This document shows positions 8,504-17,922 of a DNA stretch of 43,319 nucleotides, piece after piece (within the stretch, counting starts at the first letter, position 1; each line of letters begins with the position of its first letter). The stretch comes from Candidatus Zixiibacteriota bacterium (GTDB lineage Bacteria; Zixibacteria; MSB-5A5; UBA10806; 4484-95): positions 1-43,319 of the forward strand of contig JAAYTW010000097.1 in the NCBI GenBank assembly GCA_012517955.1. Reading direction: 5' to 3'. The position numbers and the translations under genes are program-made. The notes below the pieces were generated by a model. That model ran no database searches. It saw only the letters and a program-made list of their open reading frames with translations, and was not told the DNA's origin.

Positions 8504-9648
8504 ACCCTTTTATAAGGACCAACCTTTCCGCATGACGGGCATACCATTTCGATTTTTGTTGTCTCGCTGCGGCAGTATGGGCAAGCGTAATAATGTTTCT
8601 TCAGCGGACTTTGTTCATAGATATTTTGGAGAAGGCGGGTGGCTTTCTGTTTTTGACCGTTTTCGAGATACAGTCCAGCCAGCCGACCGGCCGCGGCCAT
8701 ATCATCCGGAAACGCGTTGACGACCTGTTGCAGGGCATCAATAGCCCCGTTGATATCACCTTTCTTTTCGGCGATTACCGCCAACGAGCGAAGAATATCG
8801 GGGTCGTTGGGACATTGTTGCAGCATTTTGCGATATATCGATTCGACTTCCGGGAATTGCCCCAGCTCGAACATCGTCTGTTCCATCTTATAGAATACCT
8901 GATACGCCTCCTTCGGAACCTCTAAACAGAGCTTCTTAAAATACTCGGCGGCTTCTTCCTTGCGATTTTCGGCCAGATACGATTCAGCTATCAAAATATA
9001 TGACGGCGCGAATTTGTCGTCGTAGTGAAGCGATTCTTTTAATGTCAGGCGGGCTTTGTGAAATTCGCCCGACTTGAACAATTCGGCGCCGGCAAGGTAT
9101 TTGTAAACCGCCAATCTTTCTTGCTGTTCTTTATCGCCATAAATTTCTTTTCCGATTTCGAAGGCCTTTTCCCATTGGTAGGATTTTTCGAAGACCTCCA
9201 GCATTTTTTCTTTAGCCCATTTTTTGAAAGCCGGCTCTTTGGCGATTTTCTGCAAGATTTCATCAGCCATATTGAATTTTTTGGCCGAGATAAAATCGGA
9301 AGCCAGACATTTCCAAATCAGGGCGATAACGTTGGAATCGAGATTTTTACGAAGCAACAGCTGACGGTGAATTTGAACGGCTTTCTGATGCTGCCCTTTT
9401 TTGCGCATAAGCTCGCCTATTCGAATGTAAGCGTCGATATTCTCCGAATCTTCGTTGACAGTCTGTTTTAGTTTGACGAACGCGCCATGTTCGTCTCCTT
9501 CGATCATGGCTTTAAGGCCGTCGATATAATTTTGCGAAACATGTTTGCCTTGCTGGTCTTTTTTCTTTTCGAACGAGAATATCAAGCCCAATAGAGCCAT
9601 AAAAATCAAAAATATAACCCACCAGTACGTGTTTAAAAAAACATCCAT
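8500..9648 (-). CDS. lapB: Lipopolysaccharide assembly protein B (LapB/YciM-like TPR protein with a rubredoxin-type zinc finger)
   Basis: N-terminal TM helix, multiple TPR repeats, and C-terminal CPYCRSETTKIEMVCPSCG (CxxC...CxxC). ATGA overlap with the upstream lapA-like gene. Confidence 0.8.
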   Translation of the reverse strand: MDVFLNTYWWVIFLIFMALLGLIFSFEKKKDQQGKHVSQNYIDGLKAMIEGDEHGAFVKLKQTVNEDSENIDAYIRIGELMRKKGQHQKAVQIHRQLLLRKNLDSNVIALIWKCLASDFISAKKFNMADEILQKIAKEPAFKKWAKEKMLEVFEKSYQWEKAFEIGKEIYGDKEQQERLAVYKYLAGAELFKSGEFHKARLTLKESLHYDDKFAPSYILIAESYLAENRKEEAAEYFKKLCLEVPKEAYQVFYKMEQTMFELGQFPEVESIYRKMLQQCPNDPDILRSLAVIAEKKGDINGAIDALQQVVNAFPDDMAAAGRLAGLYLENGQKQKATRLLQNIYEQSPLKKHYYACPYCRSETTKIEMVCPSCGKVGPYKRV

Positions 9649-9965
9649 CAGCTTTTCTCCCCGGATTTTTCTTCGGTTTCCTCAAGCGGTAGATTGCGAA
9701 GCGTCGTTAATTCTTCGCTAAGGTTGCGAAGCTTCCTTTTTTGATCGGCAAGCTGACCGGATAGGCGCAGGTATTGCACCACCGAAATCACAAACCAGAA
9801 AATAATCCCGACGCAAAAAGCGATAAAAATCACGAACATCAACGGGACATCTTCATAAGTTTTCGCCCCGATATTGATAATCACCCGCTGATATGAGTTC
9901 TGTATCGTAAACCCCAACAAGGCTATTATCAGAACGGCGGCGATGGCATATCTTACTATCCACAT
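9648..9965 (-). CDS. lapA: Lipopolysaccharide assembly protein A (LapA/YciS, DUF1049-like)
   Basis: 105 aa with two TM helices followed by a charged coiled tail (QLADQKRKLRNLSEELTTLRN). Positioned directly upstream of lapB as in the E. coli yciS-yciM pair. GGAGGG Shine-Dalgarno. Confidence 0.7.
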   Translation of the reverse strand: MWIVRYAIAAVLIIALLGFTIQNSYQRVIINIGAKTYEDVPLMFVIFIAFCVGIIFWFVISVVQYLRLSGQLADQKRKLRNLSEELTTLRNLPLEETEEKSGEKS

Positions 9966-9988
9966 ATTCCCTCCAATTACAATAAAGA

Positions 9989-10017
9989 ATCATAATAGTT
10001 CAGCCGCCAAAGGTCAA
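9989..10017 (-). promoter_or_regulatory. sigma70-like promoter of the lapA-lapB-SPOR-mutS unit (TTGACC-17-TATGAT)
   Basis: On the - strand: TTGACC (10017-10012), 17-nt spacer, TATGAT (9994-9989). It lies about 24 nt upstream of the lapA ATG, with a GGAGGG SD in between. Confidence 0.6.
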
Positions 10018-10069
10018 CTGATTTTAGGCGCGCTAAAGCGGTCGGGCCGGATGTAAATTTAGCTTGTCG

Positions 10070-10113
10070 GATAATAAAAATATAAAGGGACTATTCAAAT
10101 CCGAATAATCCCT
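10070..10113 (-). terminator. Intrinsic terminator after the 237-aa gene
   Basis: - strand hairpin AGGGATTATTC-ggattt-GAATAGTCCCT (one mismatch) followed by TTATATTTTTATT. It sits 24 nt after the stop at 10137. Confidence 0.7.
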
Positions 10114-10136
10114 CATAGAAATTCGGCTGTTTTGTC

Positions 10137-10850
10137 CTATTTGCCGGTATCAAGAGGGGGCGGTAAAGCCGCCTTTGTTCCGGCCGCCGCGAACGAAATG
10201 CTGCCGATAATCTTATTGAATTCATCTTTATTAATCGGGTAGAATTCCCTTTCGGCAAACGCATGAATCACAAAAAGCCGTCCATTTCGCTTAAATATAT
10301 ACAGCTCATGCACCAGATGTTCATTCTGTACCAACAAGCCGCCGTATTGACGGTAATGGGCGTCATTCGGATCGACTTCGAGTTTTCTTTCATAATTTTT
10401 CTTAAAGATGGCTTTTATCGCGGGAATGCTGTCTAAAACGATATCCTGCGCCTGCGAAAACTCGCCGCCCGACAGTAGTTCCAGTTGTGAAATGATATTA
10501 TCTTGTGTTTTGTGAATATCCACATCGCCTTTCAATTTATCGAGAAACTCGGCAGGGGTCATCGAATCGGGTCTGGCGAATACGCGGATTTCGGGTATCG
10601 TAAATTCGCCTCCAAGTTCCTTGACGGTCTTGTTGATTTCATAGTTCCGCTTAATCATCAATACCCGCTGGATCGAAGGCTCGTTGAAAACCTTAACCCG
10701 CCAGTTATCGGGGATAACCATCGTATAGCCCATTTGCGAATCGGTCAATATTCCATTTTTATAGTCACCCGATTTGGACTTTGCTCCGAACGCGATTGTC
10801 GTCAATGCCAACCCGATAAAAATAATCGTTATCGATTTCCATTTCGGCAT
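10137..10850 (-). CDS. Hypothetical secreted or membrane-anchored protein
   Basis: 237 aa. N-terminal signal/anchor ITIIFIGLALTTIAFGA. Strong AAAGGAGG Shine-Dalgarno and its own terminator. I recognise no family motif. Confidence 0.6.
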   Translation of the reverse strand: MPKWKSITIIFIGLALTTIAFGAKSKSGDYKNGILTDSQMGYTMVIPDNWRVKVFNEPSIQRVLMIKRNYEINKTVKELGGEFTIPEIRVFARPDSMTPAEFLDKLKGDVDIHKTQDNIISQLELLSGGEFSQAQDIVLDSIPAIKAIFKKNYERKLEVDPNDAHYRQYGGLLVQNEHLVHELYIFKRNGRLFVIHAFAEREFYPINKDEFNKIIGSISFAAAGTKAALPPPLDTGK

Positions 10851-10932
10851 AGATACCTCCTTTCATGTTTATATACGTAAAAATAGTGATAAGTTGCCTA
10901 TTAATTGAATATTACGCATTTGTGCGCCCGCT

Positions 10933-11451
10933 TCATTTTCGATTTAGTAATCTCATTCCTATTAGAAAATAACTATACGACGAAATCAAAATAAAAACAA
11001 TCGCCAATATATACATCGGAATATACAATACCTCAGCCTCATAAATGTATACAATTAATGTAACGGTTAAGATAAAAACCGTGATTTTCCCCCAGATATT
11101 AGATACCGGTATCTGTCGCTTGGCTTTAATTATTCTCAGGCCGAACACGCCAATCATCAAATCTCTCAATATAATGATAATCAATAAAAATATCGGCATC
11201 CCCATAAAAACGGTCGCTCCGACCGCGGCCGCGCCGACACACAGCTTATCAGCCAGCGGGTCCAGGATTTTTCCTGCCTGCGATATGGCATTATATTTAC
11301 GGGCCAGAAAACCATCTAAAAAATCAGTTAAAACCGCAATCGCCGCGAGGGCCGCGATTGACACCGAGTCATGCCGAGCGATAGCGATAAAAATGAAAGG
11401 CGCGATAATCAACCTCAACACCGAAAGAGCGTTAGGGAGTCTCGATAGCAT
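10933..11451 (-). CDS. pgsA: CDP-alcohol phosphatidyltransferase (PgsA-like, CDP-diacylglycerol--glycerol-3-phosphate 3-phosphatidyltransferase)
   Basis: DFLDGFLARKYNAISQAGKILDPLADKL matches the D(x)2DG(x)2AR(x)8G(x)3D(x)3D signature. 172 aa, multi-TM. Confidence 0.8.
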   Translation of the reverse strand: MLSRLPNALSVLRLIIAPFIFIAIARHDSVSIAALAAIAVLTDFLDGFLARKYNAISQAGKILDPLADKLCVGAAAVGATVFMGMPIFLLIIIILRDLMIGVFGLRIIKAKRQIPVSNIWGKITVFILTVTLIVYIYEAEVLYIPMYILAIVFILISSYSYFLIGMRLLNRK

Positions 11452-11456
11452 ATATC

Positions 11457-13148
11457 TTATTGATTTCCTTCTTCAAGAAGCTGGGCGGCGCTATCTAATG
11501 TGATATCGCTGATTTTTTCGCCGGCCAACAGACGGGCAATTTCGGCCAACCTTTCTTTCCCCTCGAGCAATTTAATCCTGGTTACCGCTCGTCCTTTGGA
11601 TTTTCCTTTATAGACTTTAAAATGCGCCTCCCCCCTGCTGGCAATCTGTTGGAGATGGGTTATGCATATCACCTGCCGCGTTTGGGCAAGCCTCTGAAGC
11701 TTTTTGCCCACTTGCGACGCCACCTCGCCGGAAATTCCCGAATCGATTTCATCGAACACAAGCGTTTGCGCGGGATATGCCTGGCTTAATACCGAACAAA
11801 GAGCCAAAAGTATTCTTGATAATTCTCCTCCGGAGGCGGTCGAAGAAAGGGGTTTAAGCCCTTCTCCGGGATTCGCGCAAATCAAAAACTCGACCTTATC
11901 GAATCCGGTTTGGTCGCCCGCTAACGTTCGCGATTCGATAAGATATGGTCCGCCCGGGTCAGGCTGAACCCGAAAATCGACTTTGAATGAAGCCCCCGGC
12001 ATCGCCAGGTCGGCCAGATGACTAATAACGGCTTTCTCTATCCGTTGCGCCGCCTTTTTTCTCTTCGATGAAACATCAGACGCTAATCGCGACAGTTTTT
12101 CGCGACAGGCGTTCAAGTCGGCGGTCAGCGATTTTATCCGGCCGCCTAAATCTTCGAAGCTTTCAAGTTTCTGTTTCGCTTGAGCCAGATATTCGTGTAT
12201 TTGGGATATTGATTGGCCATATTTTTTTTTCAATTTTTTTATAAGCGTAATTCTATCCTCAACTATTTCCAGTCGTCCCGGGTCAGCTTCAAACGCCGAT
12301 TCCAGCTTATAAAGCAGGTTGTCGATTTCTTCCAAATTCAACAATTGCTCTTCGAATTTGGCCTTTATATCATCGGCCTTTTCCGAATATCTGGCGGCCT
12401 TGGCCATTTCTCGGACACAGGCTTTCAATCTTTCAGAAACGGAACCGGATTCTTCAAAAGCCACCTCGCGGCAGAGTCGGCAGATTGTTTTGACTGTTTC
12501 CGCATTTACCAGCTGGATTTTTTCCTTTTCCAGTTCCTCGTCTTCGCCCTCTAACAGCGACGCTTGTTCGATTTCTTGTATTTGATATGCGAGCAATTCG
12601 CGTTCGGACGCCGATTCCGATTGTTTTGATTGAAGCGCCATCAATTCGGCGTTTTTGTTTTGAAATTCGCAATAGGTTTCCGCGAGCCTTTTCAAATCGT
12701 CTTTGATTTCGGCGTAACTGTCCAAAATCAAACGATGGCTGTCGCTGTCCATCAATCCTTTCTGTTCATGCTGGCCGGTGATTGAGGCCAAGTCGTCGCC
12801 GATGCTTCGGAGGCTCTGCAATGTTACTTGTCGGTCATTGATGAAGGCTTTGCTTTTACCATCGCGGTTGACCTCGCGTCGCAATATGATTTGGTCGCTG
12901 TCGGGCGGTTCTATTTCGGCCTGTAGACTTACGGAAGATTTATCGAATACGGCCTCGATAACCGCGCGCGTCTCGCCGGTTCGGATTGATTCATCTGAAG
13001 CCCGTTGTCCCAGCGCCAGACCAAGCGCGTCGACTATAATCGTTTTGCCGGCGCCGGTTGAACCGGTGAAGATATTCAGCCCTTTTTTAAAATCGACCGT
13101 TAATTCATCGATAAGGGCAAAATTGACTATACGAAGCGATTCAAGCAT
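11457..13148 (-). CDS. recN: DNA repair protein RecN
   Basis: 563 aa. N-terminal MLESLRIVNFALIDELTVDF...GSTGAGKTIIVDALGL (Walker A), a long coiled-coil middle, and C-terminal SGGELSRILLAL...LVFDEIDSGISG. Confidence 0.96.
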   Translation of the reverse strand: MLESLRIVNFALIDELTVDFKKGLNIFTGSTGAGKTIIVDALGLALGQRASDESIRTGETRAVIEAVFDKSSVSLQAEIEPPDSDQIILRREVNRDGKSKAFINDRQVTLQSLRSIGDDLASITGQHEQKGLMDSDSHRLILDSYAEIKDDLKRLAETYCEFQNKNAELMALQSKQSESASERELLAYQIQEIEQASLLEGEDEELEKEKIQLVNAETVKTICRLCREVAFEESGSVSERLKACVREMAKAARYSEKADDIKAKFEEQLLNLEEIDNLLYKLESAFEADPGRLEIVEDRITLIKKLKKKYGQSISQIHEYLAQAKQKLESFEDLGGRIKSLTADLNACREKLSRLASDVSSKRKKAAQRIEKAVISHLADLAMPGASFKVDFRVQPDPGGPYLIESRTLAGDQTGFDKVEFLICANPGEGLKPLSSTASGGELSRILLALCSVLSQAYPAQTLVFDEIDSGISGEVASQVGKKLQRLAQTRQVICITHLQQIASRGEAHFKVYKGKSKGRAVTRIKLLEGKERLAEIARLLAGEKISDITLDSAAQLLEEGNQ

Positions 13149-14013
13149 TATTGTTGCTTAAAGGGCGGGCCCCCAGATGGAGTTTATTGCGCAATATCTC
13201 GAAAAAATCATATTCTTTCAGCCTGATAAGTCTAACATAATGGGGGGCTTTCTTTATCGCTATTTCGGTACCGGGAAGCAATATCGAGCTTACCTGGCCG
13301 TCCACGGTAATCCTGACATTAACGGAATGGTTCGCCAATCTTACCGTTAGGTGGCTGTCAGGGCCGAACACCAAAGGTCTTAATGTCAAAGAATGGGGGC
13401 AAATCGGGCTGGCTATAAGCGCTTCCAATCTTGGTTGAAGAACCGGGCCACCAGCCGCCAGGTTATAGGCGGTCGAACCTGTCGGGGTCGCGATAATTAA
13501 ACCATCAGCGTTATATGAACAAACAAATTGCCTGTCTAAAAACAAATCAAGCCCCACCAGCCGGGAATCTTCGCCGTTATCCAGCACCACGTCATTGAGA
13601 GCGTATTGCGGCGGGTCACCGCTATCTATCACTGTTGATTCGATGACCATTCTCTCTTCGATTGTGAAATCGTCGTCTTTTATCTTTCCCAGAGCCATTG
13701 GGATATCTTGCGCCATTATTTCAGTAAGAAAACCCAAATTGCCGGCGTTAATCCCGAATATCGGGATTCCATAATGGCCCACGGCTCGCACCGCCGCCAG
13801 CATCGTCCCATCGCCGCCAAGAGATAAAAGACAATCGATACAATGGTGCATATCGTATAACGGCACCACATGCTCATATATTCCCACAAGGGTCGCGATA
13901 TCCTCGCTGATACAATATTCGAGATTATATAGAGCCAGCCAATCGATTATAATCCTGGCGGCCCGTCCGACATTTTCTTTCTTGCTGTGACCGATTATTC
14001 CGAATCTTTTCAA
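13141..14013 (-). CDS. nadK: NAD+ kinase
   Basis: 290 aa. LSLGGDGTMLAA (GGDG motif), NxGxLGFLTE, and TPTGSTAYNLAAGGP. Confidence 0.95.
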   Translation of the reverse strand: MKRFGIIGHSKKENVGRAARIIIDWLALYNLEYCISEDIATLVGIYEHVVPLYDMHHCIDCLLSLGGDGTMLAAVRAVGHYGIPIFGINAGNLGFLTEIMAQDIPMALGKIKDDDFTIEERMVIESTVIDSGDPPQYALNDVVLDNGEDSRLVGLDLFLDRQFVCSYNADGLIIATPTGSTAYNLAAGGPVLQPRLEALIASPICPHSLTLRPLVFGPDSHLTVRLANHSVNVRITVDGQVSSILLPGTEIAIKKAPHYVRLIRLKEYDFFEILRNKLHLGARPLSNNNA

Positions 14014-15914
14014 TTCTTCCTGGTCCTTTTGGCCGACTTTTTTTGCGATTCAAAAAACCGTAATGTTGAATCCGCGATTCCTTCGGCGTTCAGACCGAGT
14101 TCCGCGAGAATATTATCCCGCGAATCATGAGTCATGAATTGGTCCGGTAATCCCAAGTTCTTTATTTTGCGATTATCAAAATCGTTTTCCTGAACATAGG
14201 CATTTATATAATACCCGAATCCGCCATATACAGCCCCCTCTTCAATGGTGATTATACAGCGATGCTTAGACAAGATTTCATCAAGCATTATCTTATCGAA
14301 TGGTTTCAAGAAACGACAATTGACAACTGTCGCGTGAATTCCATCTTTATCCAAAATATCAGCCGCCTTCCATGCCGGATAAACCATCGAACCAACAGCC
14401 AGAATCGCAATATCGTCCCCTTCCCGCAATTTTTCCCAAACGCCGTACGGAAGTTCGTCAAGCTCATGTCCCAACGCATTCTCGGGAATATCAGCCCGCG
14501 GATACCGAATCGCGAATGGACCGGCCGTAAAACCGGCCGCGGTAACCATCAATCGCCGGAATTCGCCGCCATCTTTGGGGGCTGTAATCGTCATATTCGG
14601 AATGTGCATCAAATAAGGTATATCGAAAGCGCCGTGATGCGTAGACCCATCTTCGCCGACAACTCCGGCCCGATCGATACAGAAAACCACCGGTAATTTT
14701 TGCAGAGCCACATCATGAACGACCTGGTCGTATCCCCTTTGAAGAAAAGTCGAATAAACCGCGAAAAAGGGGCGATAACCCTCAGCTGCCAGAGCCGCCG
14801 AAACCATCGTGCCCAATTGCTCGGCAATACCGACATCGAAAAACCTTTGCGGAAATTTGTGCGCAAATTGAGTCAAACCCGTTCCGGTCGTCATCGCCGC
14901 AGTGATAGCGCATATTTTATCATTGTCTTGGGCAAGAGAGGTCAGTGTCTCGCCGAACACATTGGTATAGGGAAGCGTCTTTTTCAGAGAAGACGACAGT
15001 CCCGTTTGTTTATCAAACGCCCCCACGCCATGAAAATGAGTCGGCGCGTCCTCAGCGAACGAATATCCTTTTCCTTTTTTCGTTAAGACATGCAACAACA
15101 ACGGCCTATGTAAATCTTTTATGTTGTTCAGGGTCTTAATCAACAGAGGGATATCATGCCCATCAATCGGCCCGAAGTACCTGAAACCCAGCCGCTCAAA
15201 AATCTGTCCCGGAACCAATATCCCCTTAATAAACTCCTGAGCCTGGGCAATCGTGCGCCGTAGTTTATCTTTTTGCGGAAGTTTTTCGGTCAGATTCCAA
15301 ATATCGGCCTTGAGTTTATTGTAGTTCTCGTCGGTGATAATATCGGTTAAATACTTGGAAAGAGCTCCGACGTTTTTGGAAATAGACATGGTATTATCGT
15401 TGAGGATAATCAACATGTCGCGCCCCATCCCACCGGCCTGATTCAACCCCTCATAGGTCAAACCGCCCGTGCAGGAACCATCGCCGATAACCGCTATAAC
15501 CTTATGATTCTTGCCGGATAAATCCCGCGCCAAGGCCATCCCTAAAGCCGCGGGAATCGAGGTTGACGCATGTCCGGCTCCGAACGAATCGTATTCAGAC
15601 TCGGAGCGCTTGGTAAATCCGGAAGGTCCGTTACGAGTGCGAATCCGGACAAAATCCTCGCGCCGGCCGGTGAGGATTTTATGAGTGTAGCATTGATGTC
15701 CGACATCAAATATAAGCCTGTCGGTCGGCAGATTGAATACATAGTGAATCGCTATAGTCAATTCAACCACGCCCAAATTCGACGCCAAATGGCCGCCGTT
15801 TTGGGCCACCACGCCGATTATATAATTGCGAATTTCCTCGGCCAACTCCGGAAGCCGTTCGATTGGAAGCTTCTTCAAATCCGCCGGTGAATCAATGGAT
15901 TGTAACAGGCTCAT
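14010..15914 (-). CDS. dxs: 1-deoxy-D-xylulose-5-phosphate synthase
   Basis: 634 aa. GGHLASNLGVVELTIALHYVF-type N-terminus, DVGHQCYTHKILTGRR, the GDGS...G ThDP motif, and transketolase-like C-terminal domains. Confidence 0.97.
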   Translation of the reverse strand: MSLLQSIDSPADLKKLPIERLPELAEEIRNYIIGVVAQNGGHLASNLGVVELTIAIHYVFNLPTDRLIFDVGHQCYTHKILTGRREDFVRIRTRNGPSGFTKRSESEYDSFGAGHASTSIPAALGMALARDLSGKNHKVIAVIGDGSCTGGLTYEGLNQAGGMGRDMLIILNDNTMSISKNVGALSKYLTDIITDENYNKLKADIWNLTEKLPQKDKLRRTIAQAQEFIKGILVPGQIFERLGFRYFGPIDGHDIPLLIKTLNNIKDLHRPLLLHVLTKKGKGYSFAEDAPTHFHGVGAFDKQTGLSSSLKKTLPYTNVFGETLTSLAQDNDKICAITAAMTTGTGLTQFAHKFPQRFFDVGIAEQLGTMVSAALAAEGYRPFFAVYSTFLQRGYDQVVHDVALQKLPVVFCIDRAGVVGEDGSTHHGAFDIPYLMHIPNMTITAPKDGGEFRRLMVTAAGFTAGPFAIRYPRADIPENALGHELDELPYGVWEKLREGDDIAILAVGSMVYPAWKAADILDKDGIHATVVNCRFLKPFDKIMLDEILSKHRCIITIEEGAVYGGFGYYINAYVQENDFDNRKIKNLGLPDQFMTHDSRDNILAELGLNAEGIADSTLRFFESQKKSAKRTRKN

Positions 15915-16189
15915 TTTTCGTTACCCTCAAACAGACCAAGCTCGAATTCGCCGCTTTCCGTCTTAATAAGCTGTTTGACTTTCAGCTCAGCCTCGTTTAA
16001 TTTTGCATAACATTTTTTCGACAATTCGACCCCCTCCTCGAAAACTTTTATCGAATCATCGAGACTCAACTTCCCCGACTCGAGGTCGGCGACGATTTGT
16101 TCCAGCCTTTCCATGGCCTTTTCAAAATTAAATTTTGAAGTCAATCCGCACCTGCTTTTTTTTGCCTCCCTAAAATGATAATAAGCCAT
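15911..16189 (-). CDS. xseB: Exodeoxyribonuclease VII small subunit
   Basis: FEKAMERLEQIVADLESGKLSLDDSIKVFEEGVELSKKCYAKLNEAE is the XseB signature. Start is uncertain: ATG at 16189 is used here, while the track starts at TTG 16207. 4-nt overlap with dxs. Confidence 0.85.
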   Translation of the reverse strand: MAYYHFREAKKSRCGLTSKFNFEKAMERLEQIVADLESGKLSLDDSIKVFEEGVELSKKCYAKLNEAELKVKQLIKTESGEFELGLFEGNEK

Positions 16190-16236
16190 CAGCCGATTGA
16201 TTGGCAAGCGTTTTATTGACCGCCGCGATTAACCGC

Positions 16237-17247
16237 CTACGCCCATATCTCCGGTTTCAATGATCGTGTCATCAAATCATGTACGGCGCGGGCCGGCTCT
16301 TTTCCCTCGAACAATATATTATACATCTGCGTCGTTATTGGCATCTCAACATTATGAATTCCGGCCAAATCATAAGCCGATTTGGTTGTTTTTACACCCT
16401 CCGCAATCATGGACATCGAAGCCAGAATATCGTTTAATTTTCGTCCCAATCCCAGCTGCTCGCCGACATATCGGTTACGGCTGTGTTTGCTGATACATGT
16501 CGTGATTAAATCTCCAATTCCCGATAGTCCGGAAAACGTAAGCGGGTCGGCTCCCAATTTGCGCCCTAGGCGCACCATTTCCGCCAAACCGCGGGTCATC
16601 AAAGCCCCAATCGTGTTGTCTCCGAGCTTTAAACCTTGAAGCACTCCTGCGGCTATCGCAATGATATTTTTCAATGAACCTCCAAGTTCAACTCCGATTA
16701 AATCGCCGGACGTATAGACCCTAAAACTATTGGTGGTGAAAGTTTCTTGGACTAACGCCGCAATCTCAGGTTTGAACGAAGCGGCCACTACCGTTGTCGG
16801 TATCCCGCGGGAGACTTCCTCGGCGTGCGACGGTCCCGACAAGGTTGAAATCAAATACATGTATGGTCGGGGCAATTCCTGAACCAATACTTCAGACATT
16901 CTGCACAATGTGTTGTTTTCTATTCCCTTAGCAAGATTTACTATAAAGGATATTTCATTCGACAATAATCCCGATAAAGATTTCGCGGTTTGTCGCATCG
17001 TATGCGACGGCACCGCTAAAATTACTCCTTGAGCTCCCAGCATCGCTTCCGATAAGTCGTTGGTAATACGAATCCGCGGCGGAATTTTAATCCCGGGGAG
17101 TTTGGTCGGGAGCTCCCTTAATGATAACAGCGATTCGGCTTCACGCGGGTCAAATTCCCAAAGCGCGATTTCATGTCCTTTTCCGGAAAGCAAAACGGCC
17201 ACCGCGATTCCCCAGCTTCCCGCGCCTAATACTGTCAACCTGCTCAT
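16237..17247 (-). CDS. gpsA: NAD(P)H-dependent glycerol-3-phosphate dehydrogenase
   Basis: 336 aa. LGAGSWGIAVAVLL Rossmann motif and GSLKNIIAIAAG...GLSGIGDLITTC. Confidence 0.96.
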   Translation of the reverse strand: MSRLTVLGAGSWGIAVAVLLSGKGHEIALWEFDPREAESLLSLRELPTKLPGIKIPPRIRITNDLSEAMLGAQGVILAVPSHTMRQTAKSLSGLLSNEISFIVNLAKGIENNTLCRMSEVLVQELPRPYMYLISTLSGPSHAEEVSRGIPTTVVAASFKPEIAALVQETFTTNSFRVYTSGDLIGVELGGSLKNIIAIAAGVLQGLKLGDNTIGALMTRGLAEMVRLGRKLGADPLTFSGLSGIGDLITTCISKHSRNRYVGEQLGLGRKLNDILASMSMIAEGVKTTKSAYDLAGIHNVEMPITTQMYNILFEGKEPARAVHDLMTRSLKPEIWA

Positions 17248-17289
17248 TCGATTTCTTTTATTTTTTAAGTCTCGATTTGTTCGGTTATA

Positions 17290-17922
17290 TTATGCCGGCT
17301 TTTGGCCGAACTTATTTTCAGTTCCGTTCACCAGCCGCTTGATATTTTCCCGATGAGTTATTAAAATCGCCAACAAAAATATTATCGATACGACGAAATG
17401 TGAAATCGGCACCTGATATTTCAAATACAACGATTCCACAAGCAAGGCCGCGAACACGAAAACCGCGATTAAAATCGACCCCAACGAGATATATCTTGTC
17501 AGGGCAACCACAACGACAAAAAGAATGAATCCCATAATCAATTCGAGCGGCATCAAACCCAGCAACATCCCCGCGCCCGTGCCCACTCCTTTGCCCCCTT
17601 TAAAACCAATCCATATTGGAAAAATATGGCCGACTATGGCGCAGATACCGGCAATCAGCTGAATCCATTCATTTTGATTCCCGATATCGCCAAGGTTAAT
17701 CCGACTGATAATCAAGGTGGCGGCCAGCCCTTTAAAAACATCTATCAGCAATACAACAATGGCGATTTTGGTTCCAAGCAGGCGGCTGGTATTGGTGGCG
17801 CCGGTCGATTTTGAACCGATAGTGCGGATATCCACGCCCTTGATAAGCTTAGCGAACACAAATCCGGTTGGAAAAGAGCCGACCAGATAACTTAATAAAA
17901 TTATCACTGCCAGCGTAAGCAT
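17290..17922 (-). CDS. plsY: Glycerol-3-phosphate acyltransferase PlsY (acyl-phosphate dependent)
   Basis: 210 aa, multi-TM. YLVGSFPTGFVFAK...GSKSTGATN...FKGGKGVGTGAG. Confidence 0.94.
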   Translation of the reverse strand: MLTLAVIILLSYLVGSFPTGFVFAKLIKGVDIRTIGSKSTGATNTSRLLGTKIAIVVLLIDVFKGLAATLIISRINLGDIGNQNEWIQLIAGICAIVGHIFPIWIGFKGGKGVGTGAGMLLGLMPLELIMGFILFVVVVALTRYISLGSILIAVFVFAALLVESLYLKYQVPISHFVVSIIFLLAILITHRENIKRLVNGTENKFGQKPA

